DNA from: a virus
Direction: 5' to 3' (one strand)
DNA: 64,000 bases
IMG/VR virus record: IMGVR_UViG_3300013014_001174
Span: 1-64,000 of that record
Positions 42,513 through 53,005 of this stretch are shown piece by piece. The notes beneath the pieces are model-generated. The model made no database searches and was not told the DNA's origin. It was given only the letters and a program-made list of their open reading frames with translations. Position 1 is the first letter of the stretch; each line of letters begins with the position of its first letter. The position numbers and the translations under genes were made by a program.

Positions 42513-44029
42513 ATCACTAGTCCGTTGATTGTAACTTTTGTGTTAATAACCCCTTCTTTAAATACCAAACTTCCTTTATTAGTTTTTCCAATAAGAACCG
42601 AAACTGGATTTTTTTCCATATATTTTAATGCCATTCTTTCTTGTCTGATACTTTCAGAAAGATTTTTAACATTCATATAATTTGTTTCTTTTAATTTTTC
42701 GTATTTTTCTATTTTTTGTATTTTTTTCTTTTCTTCAGAAATAATTTCTTTTTTCTGTGTTGTAAAATATTGTGAAATAATTTTATCAACCTTTGATTCA
42801 CTAAAAGTACCATGTGTTAAATGGTCATAGTTATGTCTTGGTTCTCTAGCGCCACGTCTAGTATATTCTTCGCCCCATTCACGGGTCGTATCTTTTAAGG
42901 CTTCTGCTGTTTGACCTTTTACACTAGAATATATTGCGTCGCCAAGTGTTGCCATTTCACCTAAATCATATTCTGTCATTTCACCACCAGCAGGGGGCGG
43001 TGGGGGTAAAGCTCCTTCTTCTTCTTCGTCAAATGCTGGTTCTGGCAATTCTTCATCATTCATTTCTTCATCATCCATTTCTTCATCTTCGTCTTCATTG
43101 CCTTTTTCATCAAAATCACCTTCTAATCTTGAAATAATTTCTTCTAAATCGTCATCATCTAACAAATCAACGTCAAGAGCTGATAATATAGAATTTATGA
43201 TGTATTTAACATCATTAGGATCCATATCGTCTTCACTATTATATTTTCTAATTCTTTGCGCTAATTTACCTGTAAGTTTTTGAATTACTTTAAATGTGGT
43301 ACCACCTTCTTTTTTTGATTTTCCTTCACCTTCTGGATCTTCTTCATCATCCATATCGTCCATTGGTGGCGGGGGTAATTCTTCATCACCCATATCGTCC
43401 ATTGGTGGTGGCAGCCCTTCTTCACCTCCAGTCGCAGTATCTGGTGGTGGCATACCTTCTCCACCCATATCATCTATTGGTGGTGGTAACCCTTCTTCAC
43501 CCCCTGTCGCACTAGCGTCTGGTGGTGTCATACCCATACCTCCCATATCATCCATAGGCGGTCCAGCTGGTGCTGGTGGTGTTACTGGAGCTGCCGCTGG
43601 TGGAGGTAAAGCTCCTTCAGGTTCGGTTGGTTCAGCTTTTTTTTTACCAGGAAGTTTTAGTTTGAACTTTTTTTTTTGCTCGGTAAATAAAGACATACCC
43701 TCTTCATTTCCGTACATTTGATTAAAGTCTTTAGCCATAAGGTTTAACTTTTTCAATGCTTGTGAGTAAGAAGGAAAATATTTTCTATTTTGGATAGGTT
43801 CAATATAATCAGAATTAATATCATCATAACTTTCTTTGATTATATATCCCAATCTTTCTCTTACGATTGTATATGTTTTACCGTCAGCTAATTCAGCTGT
43901 ATATTCTGTTTTTTTATCTTCATTTACTGGTTGTGGAATAGATTCATTGTATCTAGCAATTTCCATAATTCTACGAATTTTATCCATGCCTTCCAATTTT
44001 TCACTTCCGATTGGTCTTAATCCTCCCAT
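42509..44029 (-). CDS. Acidic Pro/Gly-rich hypothetical protein
   Basis: PPPMDDMG and ATGGEEGLPPP repeats. Confidence 0.7.
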   Translation of the reverse strand: MGGLRPIGSEKLEGMDKIRRIMEIARYNESIPQPVNEDKKTEYTAELADGKTYTIVRERLGYIIKESYDDINSDYIEPIQNRKYFPSYSQALKKLNLMAKDFNQMYGNEEGMSLFTEQKKKFKLKLPGKKKAEPTEPEGALPPPAAAPVTPPAPAGPPMDDMGGMGMTPPDASATGGEEGLPPPIDDMGGEGMPPPDTATGGEEGLPPPMDDMGDEELPPPPMDDMDDEEDPEGEGKSKKEGGTTFKVIQKLTGKLAQRIRKYNSEDDMDPNDVKYIINSILSALDVDLLDDDDLEEIISRLEGDFDEKGNEDEDEEMDDEEMNDEELPEPAFDEEEEGALPPPPPAGGEMTEYDLGEMATLGDAIYSSVKGQTAEALKDTTREWGEEYTRRGAREPRHNYDHLTHGTFSESKVDKIISQYFTTQKKEIISEEKKKIQKIEKYEKLKETNYMNVKNLSESIRQERMALKYMEKNPVSVLIGKTNKGSLVFKEGVINTKVTINGLVI

Positions 44030-44104
44030 AGTATGTTTTTTTGAATAAATTATTTTTTCTTAATAAATATATCAATCATTAAGATTATTTTGTTTTTTAT
44101 TAAA

Positions 44105-44836
44105 TTATTGGTTCATAGATAATTTATTATCTAAAATTTTTGTTGTAGAATCGTGTAATTTTTCTATATAACCATTTCTTCTTAAAATTTTAAAAACAAG
44201 GTTTTCTGTCGAATACTCACCACCCTTTTCAAGCCCACAAGTTCTATATTTTTTTAACTTATCTTTATATTTCTGAACCATTTTTTTTGCCGTACTTGCG
44301 TCATCATCTTTTATTGTATCCAATAAGTCATCTATTATGTTCATCCATTGTTTCGCCTTTTCTTTAATCAATTCTTTATCAATTGTAACATCTTCTTTTT
44401 TTGGCGTGCTTGCCCATTCATCAAATAATATAGAATAAACCCCACTTGAAAAGTGTGATTCTGTTTCGTTTTGAACGTATAATTCAACTTCATAACCCTT
44501 TATTGTAATGTCGTGTTTTTGGTTAAATAACATTTTTTTTAATGTAAAAAGTTTTTCGTATAGTTCAATTTGATTTTCTTGGTATTGTTGGAAATTTGCA
44601 ACAATGTGTAAATCAAAATCAGAATACTTTGACCAATTATAATTAGATAATGAACCAGTAAGGATTATGTCAGTAACAACAATTTCGACATCTAAAAATT
44701 CGATAAATTCGTAAGCAATTTCAAGTAGCCTTTCCCTTATTTCAGGTTTTAAATTTGGTTCTTTTTTATTACCCTCCCAAACTTTTGGGTTTAATTCATC
44801 TTGAGGTTCAAAACTTTTTAATAATTCGGTTTCCAT
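44105..44836 (-). CDS. Nucleotidyltransferase (Pol beta superfamily)
   Basis: LTGSLSNYNWSKYSDFDLH matches GS-x10-DxD. Confidence 0.7.
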   Translation of the reverse strand: METELLKSFEPQDELNPKVWEGNKKEPNLKPEIRERLLEIAYEFIEFLDVEIVVTDIILTGSLSNYNWSKYSDFDLHIVANFQQYQENQIELYEKLFTLKKMLFNQKHDITIKGYEVELYVQNETESHFSSGVYSILFDEWASTPKKEDVTIDKELIKEKAKQWMNIIDDLLDTIKDDDASTAKKMVQKYKDKLKKYRTCGLEKGGEYSTENLVFKILRRNGYIEKLHDSTTKILDNKLSMNQ

Positions 44837-44861
44837 TAAATATAAATATTATGAAAATGGA

Positions 44862-45107
44862 TTAACTCAATTTCTTATACTTAAAAGTTTTTGAAATGTT
44901 TGTATTAAAAAATGAACCTTGTGATTTTGCAGTTCTAAATGATGTATAAGTCTGATGTGGAACATCTTCATATTCATATTTTATACCATTTTTAAATTCT
45001 GTAATCATTTTTTTTGTTTCGGTATCGTATTCAGTTCTAACGATATTTGAAGATTCGACTTCATTTATGATTTTAGTTCCTTTGATTTCTTCTTTAGTAA
45101 TTGCCAT
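44862..45107 (-). CDS. KTSC-domain protein
   Basis: VESSNI...YD......F.NG..YEY.DVP....F..AKSQGSFFN..I. Confidence 0.85.
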   Translation of the reverse strand: MAITKEEIKGTKIINEVESSNIVRTEYDTETKKMITEFKNGIKYEYEDVPHQTYTSFRTAKSQGSFFNTNISKTFKYKKLS

Positions 45108-45222
45108 ATTGTAAAATTTTATAATAAATATTATAGTAACACAAAATCAATTGTATATGATAGCCAGCGTTAAATTATTGACATACCATAATTTTATGTC
45201 TAAATTTTGAAGAAAAAAGATT

Positions 45223-47283
45223 ATGGCAATAGAATTTGTGGATGATGGCGATAAAGGTAAAAAGAAAGATGGTAACACACCAGTATTAGATAACTTCAGT
45301 AAAGATTTAATTAAATTAGCAGAACAAGGAAAACTAGACCCTGTAATTGGTCGACAAAAAGAAATCCTACGTATTGCACAAGTATTATCTAGAAGAAAGA
45401 AAAATAACCCCATTATTATTGGTGAACCTGGTGCTGGTAAAACAGCGATTGTTGAGGGTCTTGCAATGATGATTCACGCTGGTGAATGTCCTAAAAACTT
45501 AGCAGATAAAAGAATTGTATCGTTAGATATAAATTCAGTTGTGGCCGGTACAAAATACCGTGGACAATTTGAAGAAAGAATGAAGGTTATTATTGAGGAG
45601 TTACAAGCAAGTCCGAATATTATAATTTTTATAGATGAAATACATACAATGGTTGGTGCAGGAAATAGTTCTGGGTCACTCGATGCCTCAAATATTTTTA
45701 AACCAGCATTATCAAGAGGTGAAATTCAATGCGTTGGTGCGACAACACTGGATGAATACAGAAAACATTTTGAAAAAGATGGCGCGTTAGAAAGAAGATT
45801 TCAAAAAATAATTGTTGACCCATCAACAAAAGAAGAGACGTTTGAAATTCTAAAACAAAGTAAAGAAAAATATGAAGAGCATCACAAAGTAAATTACACA
45901 GACGAGTCACTTTGGTTATGTGTTGAGTTAGCTGATAGATATATTACCGATCGTGAATTTCCAGATAAAGCTTTTGATATTTTAGATGAGGTTGGTTCTC
46001 GTATGCAAATTGATATTAAATTACCAGAGCATATTGAAAAACTAAAACAAGAAGCTGTAGATATTAAACAAGAAAAAGCGGATGTAATTAAAAAACAAAA
46101 ATATGAAATGGCCGCAGAATTACGTGATCGTGAAAAAAATATTCTACTTAAACTTGATGACGCAAAAAAGAAATTTGAAGAGGAATTAAAAAACAGTAAA
46201 AGAGGTATTCCAGAAGATTTAATTTATGAAGTGGTTTCAAATATGACCAAAATCCCAGTTAATAAAATTAATATCGATGAAAAAAACTCACTTGTTAATT
46301 TAGAAGAATCGCTTAATGGTTATGTAATTGGACAAGAGGAAGCGGTTAAAAAAATATCAAAGGCAATTAGAAGAAATAGAGTTGGTATTAAGGACCCAAA
46401 TAGACCAATTGGTTCATTTATATTTTTAGGATCTACCGGTGTTGGTAAAACGTTTTTAGCTAAAAAGTTAGCAAAAGAAATTTTTGGTAGTGAAGATAGT
46501 TTAATTCGTGTTGATATGTCAGAATATCAAGAAAAACACACAATCTCAAGACTTATTGGGTCACCTCCAGGATATGTTGGTCACGAAGAAGGGGGACAAT
46601 TAACCGAACAAGTGAAAAACAAACCTTATTCTGTGATTTTATTTGATGAAATAGAAAAAGCAAATAAAGACATTTTCTCAACACTACTCCAGATGTTAGA
46701 TGATGGTCATATGACTGATGGTCTTGGTAGAAAAATTAATTTCAAAAACTGTTTAATTATTATGACATCAAACATTGGTGTTAGAAAAGTGCAAGATTTT
46801 GGTTCTGGTGTTGGGTTTAAAACTAATAACAATAGTGATGCGGTACAAGAAGAATATAAAAGAGACGTTTTGAAAAAAGAATTACGTAAGTTTTTTGCCC
46901 CAGAATTTTTAAATAGAATTGATGATGTTGTTATTTTTAATTCTTTAGTAAAAGAACATATTGATAAAATAGTAAAACTTGAAATAGAAAAATTGATTGG
47001 TAGACTTAATTCTATGCGATATACGGTCTCTTATGAGGCGTCTGTAATCGATTTAATTGCAAAAGTTGGTTTTGATGAACAATATGGTGCAAGACCAATT
47101 AAACGTGCAATCCAGGATAAAATAGAAGATTTAATTTCTGAAAAGATTTTAACAAATGATGTTGTAGAAGGAAAAGAATATATGTTGTTTGTTAAAGGTG
47201 AGGGTGATGATCAAACAATAGAAATAGAGGATAGGTCAAAACCAGAACCAAAAAAACGTGGTAGAAAGAAAAAGGAGGATTAA
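45223..47283 (+). CDS. clpC: ClpC-like AAA+ chaperone lacking the N-terminal Clp-repeat domain
   Basis: Two AAA modules (GEPGAGKT, GSTGVGKT), UVR-type M domain (KYEMAAELRD), VGF ClpP-docking loop. Confidence 0.88.
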   Translation: MAIEFVDDGDKGKKKDGNTPVLDNFSKDLIKLAEQGKLDPVIGRQKEILRIAQVLSRRKKNNPIIIGEPGAGKTAIVEGLAMMIHAGECPKNLADKRIVSLDINSVVAGTKYRGQFEERMKVIIEELQASPNIIIFIDEIHTMVGAGNSSGSLDASNIFKPALSRGEIQCVGATTLDEYRKHFEKDGALERRFQKIIVDPSTKEETFEILKQSKEKYEEHHKVNYTDESLWLCVELADRYITDREFPDKAFDILDEVGSRMQIDIKLPEHIEKLKQEAVDIKQEKADVIKKQKYEMAAELRDREKNILLKLDDAKKKFEEELKNSKRGIPEDLIYEVVSNMTKIPVNKINIDEKNSLVNLEESLNGYVIGQEEAVKKISKAIRRNRVGIKDPNRPIGSFIFLGSTGVGKTFLAKKLAKEIFGSEDSLIRVDMSEYQEKHTISRLIGSPPGYVGHEEGGQLTEQVKNKPYSVILFDEIEKANKDIFSTLLQMLDDGHMTDGLGRKINFKNCLIIMTSNIGVRKVQDFGSGVGFKTNNNSDAVQEEYKRDVLKKELRKFFAPEFLNRIDDVVIFNSLVKEHIDKIVKLEIEKLIGRLNSMRYTVSYEASVIDLIAKVGFDEQYGARPIKRAIQDKIEDLISEKILTNDVVEGKEYMLFVKGEGDDQTIEIEDRSKPEPKKRGRKKKED

Positions 47284-47299
47284 AAACCCTCCTTTTTTA

Positions 47300-48085
47300 T
47301 TAGTGTTTAGAATAACCAAGTTCCTCAATCATCAACTTACCGACTTTAATTCCGTTGTATGTGTCATCCACAACAACATATTCATTTCTTGTGTGGTAAT
47401 TATAATAACCAATTGATATATTAAAACAAGATAAACCAAAATTTTGATTTAATGGGAAAATATCCGTATAAGGATGTCTATGGTATTTGGTATCACCTGG
47501 GAAATGTTCAGTGATAAGACGACCACCAACATTAAAAAATTCCGAGTCTCTATTAAACATAGGTTTTGACATAAGATACTCGGAAATCATATTATTTTCC
47601 GGAGCATCAAATTGTATTGCGTAACCAACGTTTTCAAAAAATTTAGGATCCGCATTAAAAGACCCTTTACATCCGGTTTCTTCTGCAACAAAAAAAGCGG
47701 CCTTTAAATTTGGTAATTCTTTTAACAACTCTAAACATCCATATACACCACACTTATCATCACCACCAATACCAGTGGGTTCACCACTGTCATTATAAGC
47801 CTTTAAGGACAGTTTAATTTCTTTTTGAGCATTAGGTAACATCTCTTCTCTAACATTAATAGAATCGATTGTATGTACCGTATCTGTGTGCGCAACGACA
47901 CAGGGAAAATACTCAATATTTTCATCAGTTTGTTTTGTCGCATATATGTTATAAAAACTATCAACATAATATGTGATTTTATTTTCATCTAACCAATTGG
48001 TTATAAAATCAATGATTAAATCTTCCTGATATGTCTTTGTTGGGATTGATAAAACCTCCTTAAGTAACTCAAAATTTCTTTCCAT
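47300..48085 (-). CDS. Zn-dependent peptidase (M20/M28-like)
   Basis: AHTDTVH, GGDDKCG, AEETG, YHT..E motifs. Confidence 0.8.
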   Translation of the reverse strand: MERNFELLKEVLSIPTKTYQEDLIIDFITNWLDENKITYYVDSFYNIYATKQTDENIEYFPCVVAHTDTVHTIDSINVREEMLPNAQKEIKLSLKAYNDSGEPTGIGGDDKCGVYGCLELLKELPNLKAAFFVAEETGCKGSFNADPKFFENVGYAIQFDAPENNMISEYLMSKPMFNRDSEFFNVGGRLITEHFPGDTKYHRHPYTDIFPLNQNFGLSCFNISIGYYNYHTRNEYVVVDDTYNGIKVGKLMIEELGYSKH

Positions 48086-48113
48086 ACAACAAATATAGAG
48101 ATATTATTTTGAT

Positions 48114-49172
48114 TTACAAAAGTTTTTTTAATATTTTTCTAATACTTTCAAATAGTTCTGGATGGTGTAACTGAAGGTTTAAGTCTTCAAGATTATCCAC
48201 AGATCTTTCTTCACGTTTATTACCACCATGTTTAAATATGTCAAAAAATAACTTACTATTTGGTTTAAAATTATGAAACATTATATCCATATTTTTTTCT
48301 GGTAATCTTATGTATTTATTAAATCCACCAATACTCATAACTTTTTCATACATTTTATTATATTCTTCATAATCAAAATTTCCAAGTTCCTCTTCAACTT
48401 CTTCCAACATCTTTTCAAGATTTCTGGTTACCTCTTTTTGAAAAGACTCATCCTCATAATCATCACACCAAGAATTATATTCTAGTTCGTTCCAGTCGCC
48501 AACACTATTATTTGAATAGTTTTCTATTAGTAATTTTAACATACCTTTTAAATCCTCGTCTTCAGCATTTAACATTTTATATAAGTTTAATAAAATATTT
48601 ACACTTGTTTGGAATTTGTAACCGTGTCGTATTTGCACAATACCAAAATTTATAAATGGGTTGTTAGTTTCACCTACTAACGTTTTTGAAATCGCCCTTT
48701 CAATACATTCTTCGTTATACCTACCGTATTCGTATATAATGTCATCACATTCGTCATCAAAATTATTTTTTAAAAATTCTGAAATTTTAGCATTATCATT
48801 ATTATCATTATTAGGGACTATTTGTAATGTTGGATTTGTTAGACTTAAAATTTTATTAGCAAGTGTGATATTTTCATCCTTAAACGAATCAATGATATAA
48901 CCCTCTTTCCAATCTTCGTCATACCTCCACCGATCAAAATCGTAACTACCATAACTAGAGTTTACGTACCTACTCCAAACCCAAATATCAGTATCATCAG
49001 TAACACCAAGAATTTCAAGAAAATCATCATCATTATCAAAGGTAATTTCAATTTTTGGCGATCTGCCTTTTGAGTATGAAACATCATATATTAGTTTGTC
49101 AGGATAAGACCATCTATTAACTTCTTCTCCTTTAGCAATTTTTTTTAAAAATTCGTATGTTTCACTTGCCAT
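48114..49172 (-). CDS. Hypothetical acidic protein
   Basis: 352-aa ORF ending FESIRKILKKLL. Confidence 0.7.
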   Translation of the reverse strand: MASETYEFLKKIAKGEEVNRWSYPDKLIYDVSYSKGRSPKIEITFDNDDDFLEILGVTDDTDIWVWSRYVNSSYGSYDFDRWRYDEDWKEGYIIDSFKDENITLANKILSLTNPTLQIVPNNDNNDNAKISEFLKNNFDDECDDIIYEYGRYNEECIERAISKTLVGETNNPFINFGIVQIRHGYKFQTSVNILLNLYKMLNAEDEDLKGMLKLLIENYSNNSVGDWNELEYNSWCDDYEDESFQKEVTRNLEKMLEEVEEELGNFDYEEYNKMYEKVMSIGGFNKYIRLPEKNMDIMFHNFKPNSKLFFDIFKHGGNKREERSVDNLEDLNLQLHHPELFESIRKILKKLL

Positions 49173-49237
49173 ATTAAATAAATATAATTATATTTGTATT
49201 TATATATAGTTCTTTGATAATAGTCATTTAGATATAT

Positions 49238-49645
49238 GGGCCTATATCGGATTTGACGGGCGTTGGTTGAATAATAGAAGCATGTCGGGACTGAATTAAT
49301 CTCGTTAAAAACTGATTCACAAAACAACTGGCAATGTGCTAAACAAAATGGAAACTCTTGGTTTACTAAGAGGTTCTGAAGTTACTGTAGCTTAAGAAGT
49401 TTACGGAAACGCGAGCCGGTTCACATACGCTCAGGAACAGAAGTGACTAAGGTGGACCAAGACTGAACCCGAAATCGAGTCTTCCATTGGTTGTTAATTT
49501 ACGATGGTGAAGAACAAATTAACTTTGTTTTTGGTCAAATTAAAACCAAATATTTTGGGGTATTAGAAAATACCAACCTAAACATGTAGTTGTCTCTTAA
49601 ACAAGACGAACCGGACGAGGGAGTCGGAGCCCTCTAGGTCCACCA
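49238..49645 (+). ncRNA. ssrA: tmRNA; predicted tag (A)GNVLNKMETLGLLRGSEVTVA* at 49330-49395
   Basis: Acceptor GGGCCTA/TAGGTCC with G3:U, 3' ACCA, GGATTTGAC 5' motif, T-stem GAGGG/CCCTC; promoter TATATTTG at 49189; terminator at about 49650-49683. Confidence 0.92.
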
Positions 49646-49698
49646 ATTAAAAAACCCACTCTTTTGAAGTGGGTTTTCTTTTTTAGGAGATATCCTAA

Positions 49699-49872
49699 TT
49701 ACTTAACAGCAGTAGTATCTTTTACTACAACAGTTGCATTAACTGTAGATTCTACAGCGGTTGCTTCTGGTGTTGCGTCAGCAGTTGCGTTTCCTGTTCC
49801 TTTTTCACCACAAGATGTCACAAGAGATAATGTCGTGAAAATTGTTAAAGAAATTAAAAATAATTTTTTCAT
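49699..49872 (-). CDS. Small Ala/Thr-rich lipoprotein (57 aa, not in ORF track)
   Basis: MKKLFLISLTIFTTLSLVTSC lipobox, tail ...VKDTTAVK. Confidence 0.65.
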   Translation of the reverse strand: MKKLFLISLTIFTTLSLVTSCGEKGTGNATADATPEATAVESTVNATVVVKDTTAVK

Positions 49873-49989
49873 TTTGAAATGGGTTTAATTAAAGTTTATT
49901 ATAATAATATATACTACATTTTTTATAAAAAGAAAAGGACAACCATAAGTTGCCCTCAAATTTTTTTTTAATAAGATCTTAAATTTTAA

Positions 49990-50840
49990 AAAAAGGTTGA
50001 GATTACACCTGTAATTGAGAATCTTTTGAAGTATTATTGTTTCCCTTCGTATCCACTTTCTTTTGGAAAGTATTTCTCAGTGACGGTCTTTTAGGTTTAC
50101 CACTCCTTGAGGTTTGAATTACTCTCATCTTACTTGACTCTTTCCGAGGTTGCCACCCCAGTTCGTCCTTGCGGGACTAAAGGTTTTTCGGATAATTACA
50201 CTCAGACTTGGGATCCTTGTGTGCAATGAACGGCTCATTACTATGTAGTCACCTTTCATCCAAACCTGACAGACACTTTTCCATTATTATTTTAGGTTTT
50301 ACATCCATATGTAATAAATGTTGTGTTGTGGATTATCAAAGTAGTGGTCTGCCAACCGAGCCAAGTCGTCTTTTGAACAACCCGATACTCAACTACTCTG
50401 TGAAATGTCCCCATCTCCATATTTCTAGACTACTTCGAGATCGAACCCTTGGTAGGGGACGGTCAAGGTTAATAACAGCACCACCTGTACGTTAACATAC
50501 CTTTCGGTTTTAAGTATCCTATGATACTGGAATACGCAATAATAAAATTGGATAACTCTATTTTTTGCATAATTCCTACGGGTTATTCCTATTGGTGTTC
50601 CCACCTCAACTAGACGACCCACATCGCCTATTCACTTAACCACTTTCCCTACAGCGTCGCCCTCGGTACTAAAGATTAAACGGTATCCCGCTTGTGTACT
50701 TGACCTCACTTTCGTAAGACGCAAATAAGTTAACACAACTTACTCACTTTATCCTGGTTTCCCAGTTTATTTTATGGACTATACACGGCCCAATATCTTT
50801 ATCAGTTTCATTACTTACTCCTGAACGGATAATCTATTTT
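49990..50840 (-). ncRNA. Large structured ncRNA, GOLLD-like (boundaries approximate)
   Basis: About 850 nt with no credible ORF; GC-richer than flanks; many GNRA-capped hairpins; own promoter (TAACTTTG at 50886-50879); ends in a T-run; near tRNAs. Family label is inference. Confidence 0.7.
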
Positions 50841-50927
50841 TTCAAAGAACGATTTCGGACGTTTCCGATTTTGTTTTACAAAGTTAAGACTTTTATTTTA
50901 ATTTGTCAAGTACTTTTTAAACTTTTT

Positions 50928-51077
50928 TTATTTTTTTTCTATAAAGACATGTTCTGTACCATATTTAGTCGCCATAATATGGGCAAATTCTAAATTTGGT
51001 GTAAAAACTTTTTGTCCTTCATTATTAACATATCCGTATATTTCAACTTCGATTACTTGTGTTTCTTGTTCTGTCAT
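50928..51077 (-). CDS. Small hypothetical protein (49 aa)
   Basis: MTEQETQVIEVEIYGY... with A-rich initiation context. Confidence 0.5.
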   Translation of the reverse strand: MTEQETQVIEVEIYGYVNNEGQKVFTPNLEFAHIMATKYGTEHVFIEKK

Positions 51078-51137
51078 TTTTGTTTGTTTTTAAATACATT
51101 ACAAACATATAATAAATATTTTGTTCTGTCAAGGAAG

Positions 51138-52214
51138 TTAAAGAATTTTTTTCATAATATCTTTAATTCGACTAATTTCTTCGTTTAATTTAAAGTCTTT
51201 TTCTTCTAAATTAATTTTAGGTTTCTTAATTTCCGAAATTTCTTTGTCGTTACTAAAAAGTTTTTCAAATTTGTTCATAAACGCTTTAAAATTTTCTAAA
51301 TCAAACTTAGTGTCACCTCCTGTTTTACTCTCAACTTTAACTTCAAATTTTTCGGCAATTGTTTTAATCTCACTTCTATTAAAATCATTTTTACCTAATT
51401 CTTTTTCAAAATAATCTAAACATTCATCTAAAGTGTTAAATGTTTTATCATTTAGTCCATCAATAAAACTTTGCGCTTCGGTGTTTGAAGTTGTTTTATT
51501 TGTGGTTATTAAATCTTTATTCTTGATTACAAGAGCAGCTAAAACAATTTTAGAAAAATTATCTTTAACACCTAATGTTCCCAATTTTTCTAAAACAGAT
51601 TTAATTATTGACTGTTCACCAGAAGAAAATGCTGTGTAAAATATTTTTTTAATTTTTGGTACTGTTTGATTTGGTGTTTGTTGTTGTGAATCTTGAGTTT
51701 CACTATCTTCAGTTGAAGAGTACTTATCGTCCGGTTTTGTATTTCTAACACCAACGTGAATGTGATCATAATGGTTAGTAACATTCCAACCAACTTGGTA
51801 TCTATAATTTCCAACATTAAAATTAATCCACTTACCATTACCTTTTTGAAGTAACTTATCTGGCATTTTATCTTCCGATATCCAACCACGTTTTACAAAC
51901 TCTTCTCTAAGTTTCTTCCAACCGTCGTCTCCTTTTTTACCACGACAAGGTAAATCAATACCATATGAATCCTTTGAGCCATCCCAGTGGTCAGACCTAT
52001 TACCAGATGCTGTTAGTCTTCTACTTCTTTTTTGTGATCCGGCATTGAATCCCAAATCTTTTAACCAGGATGCCATTTGTAACGCCCTTTCTGCAGATCC
52101 CGCCCAGTCACCATTTATCCCACCACCAAGACAAACTTTACCTTGATCAAGACATTTAGGATATGCTGAACCAACAGCAAAACCATATGTATTTGTGTTT
52201 TCAAATAAATTCAT
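51138..52214 (-). CDS. Putative Zn peptidoglycan peptidase (M15/LAS-like N-terminal domain)
   Basis: SDH...GIDL and HYDHIHVG motifs; C-terminal LNEEISRIKDIM. Confidence 0.55.
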   Translation of the reverse strand: MNLFENTNTYGFAVGSAYPKCLDQGKVCLGGGINGDWAGSAERALQMASWLKDLGFNAGSQKRSRRLTASGNRSDHWDGSKDSYGIDLPCRGKKGDDGWKKLREEFVKRGWISEDKMPDKLLQKGNGKWINFNVGNYRYQVGWNVTNHYDHIHVGVRNTKPDDKYSSTEDSETQDSQQQTPNQTVPKIKKIFYTAFSSGEQSIIKSVLEKLGTLGVKDNFSKIVLAALVIKNKDLITTNKTTSNTEAQSFIDGLNDKTFNTLDECLDYFEKELGKNDFNRSEIKTIAEKFEVKVESKTGGDTKFDLENFKAFMNKFEKLFSNDKEISEIKKPKINLEEKDFKLNEEISRIKDIMKKIL

Positions 52215-52229
52215 ATGTATATAAATACA

Positions 52230-52697
52230 TCAATGAATCAAAAACCATTCTGGAATACTTCTATTTTTCCAATTAGCAAAAGATTTTTTTGCATCTATAT
52301 AATAATTTCTATATGAGTCAATAACAGATTCCACTTTATATTCGTCTGGCATTGCCTTTGCTGGCTGTGTAAAATCTTTATCTGGTATATTTGGTTTATT
52401 AATTAAACACCATTCTATTATATCCTGGGATTTATGTCTTTTACCATATCTATATGTGTATTCTTTACATAATTCCAAACCTAAATCACATAAATAAAGA
52501 TAATTGGATAATGATTCTCTGGACCAAATAGCACAAGGGTGATTTTTATGTGATAATTTATATGGAGCTTCAGATCCAATAATCCAATGCGCACCACATA
52601 AAAGTTGTGCTGTTTCAAGTATCATCTTAACAACGTGTTTATCACAATGATACTGTGCACATTTTTGGGTATCAAAATCTAAAAAAAATATATTCAT
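52230..52697 (-). CDS. Pyrimidine-dimer DNA glycosylase/DenV-related family protein
   Basis: MNIFFLD...AQYHCDKHVVKMILETAQLL, HKNHPC, EYTYRYGKRHKS. Confidence 0.75.
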   Translation of the reverse strand: MNIFFLDFDTQKCAQYHCDKHVVKMILETAQLLCGAHWIIGSEAPYKLSHKNHPCAIWSRESLSNYLYLCDLGLELCKEYTYRYGKRHKSQDIIEWCLINKPNIPDKDFTQPAKAMPDEYKVESVIDSYRNYYIDAKKSFANWKNRSIPEWFLIH

Positions 52698-52777
52698 AAA
52701 ACAAAGATATGAAATATTTTTTAATCAACAAAAAAACCCCACCTAAAAGATGGGGTCAACAAAAAGTTATAATAAAC

Positions 52778-52945
52778 TTATTTTTTAGCAATTACAGACC
52801 AAATAGCACCTGCTAATGTCATAATACCGCCAGTGATTTCAGTAACAACACTTTCGTCTGCCCATCCTTTCATAACAACAATACCACCAACAAATGTTAA
52901 AGCATGTCTAACAATTCCTAATACTTGTTCTTTTGTTAATTTCAT
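52778..52945 (-). CDS. Small two-TM membrane protein, putative holin (55 aa, not in ORF track)
   Basis: MKLTKEQVLGIVRHALTFVGGIVVMKG...GAIWSVIAKK; terminator at about 52731-52756. Confidence 0.6.
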   Translation of the reverse strand: MKLTKEQVLGIVRHALTFVGGIVVMKGWADESVVTEITGGIMTLAGAIWSVIAKK

Positions 52946-53005
52946 AAAATTTTTTTTTATTGTTTATTTTATACTATATAAATATATTTATTTAATAAAA
53001 AAGTT

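Noticed and set aside
42934-43721. Plus-strand Ser/Gly/Pro-rich ORFs
   Set aside because: Antisense shadows of the low-complexity gene 42509-44029; the same applies to most short antisense ORFs in the track.
50208-50622. ORFs 50208-50495 (+) and 50425-50622 (-)
   Set aside because: Atypical composition; they lie within the structured ncRNA.
49990-50840. Group I/II intron
   Set aside because: It does not interrupt a gene and has its own promoter and 3' T-run; no intron core motifs recognised by eye.
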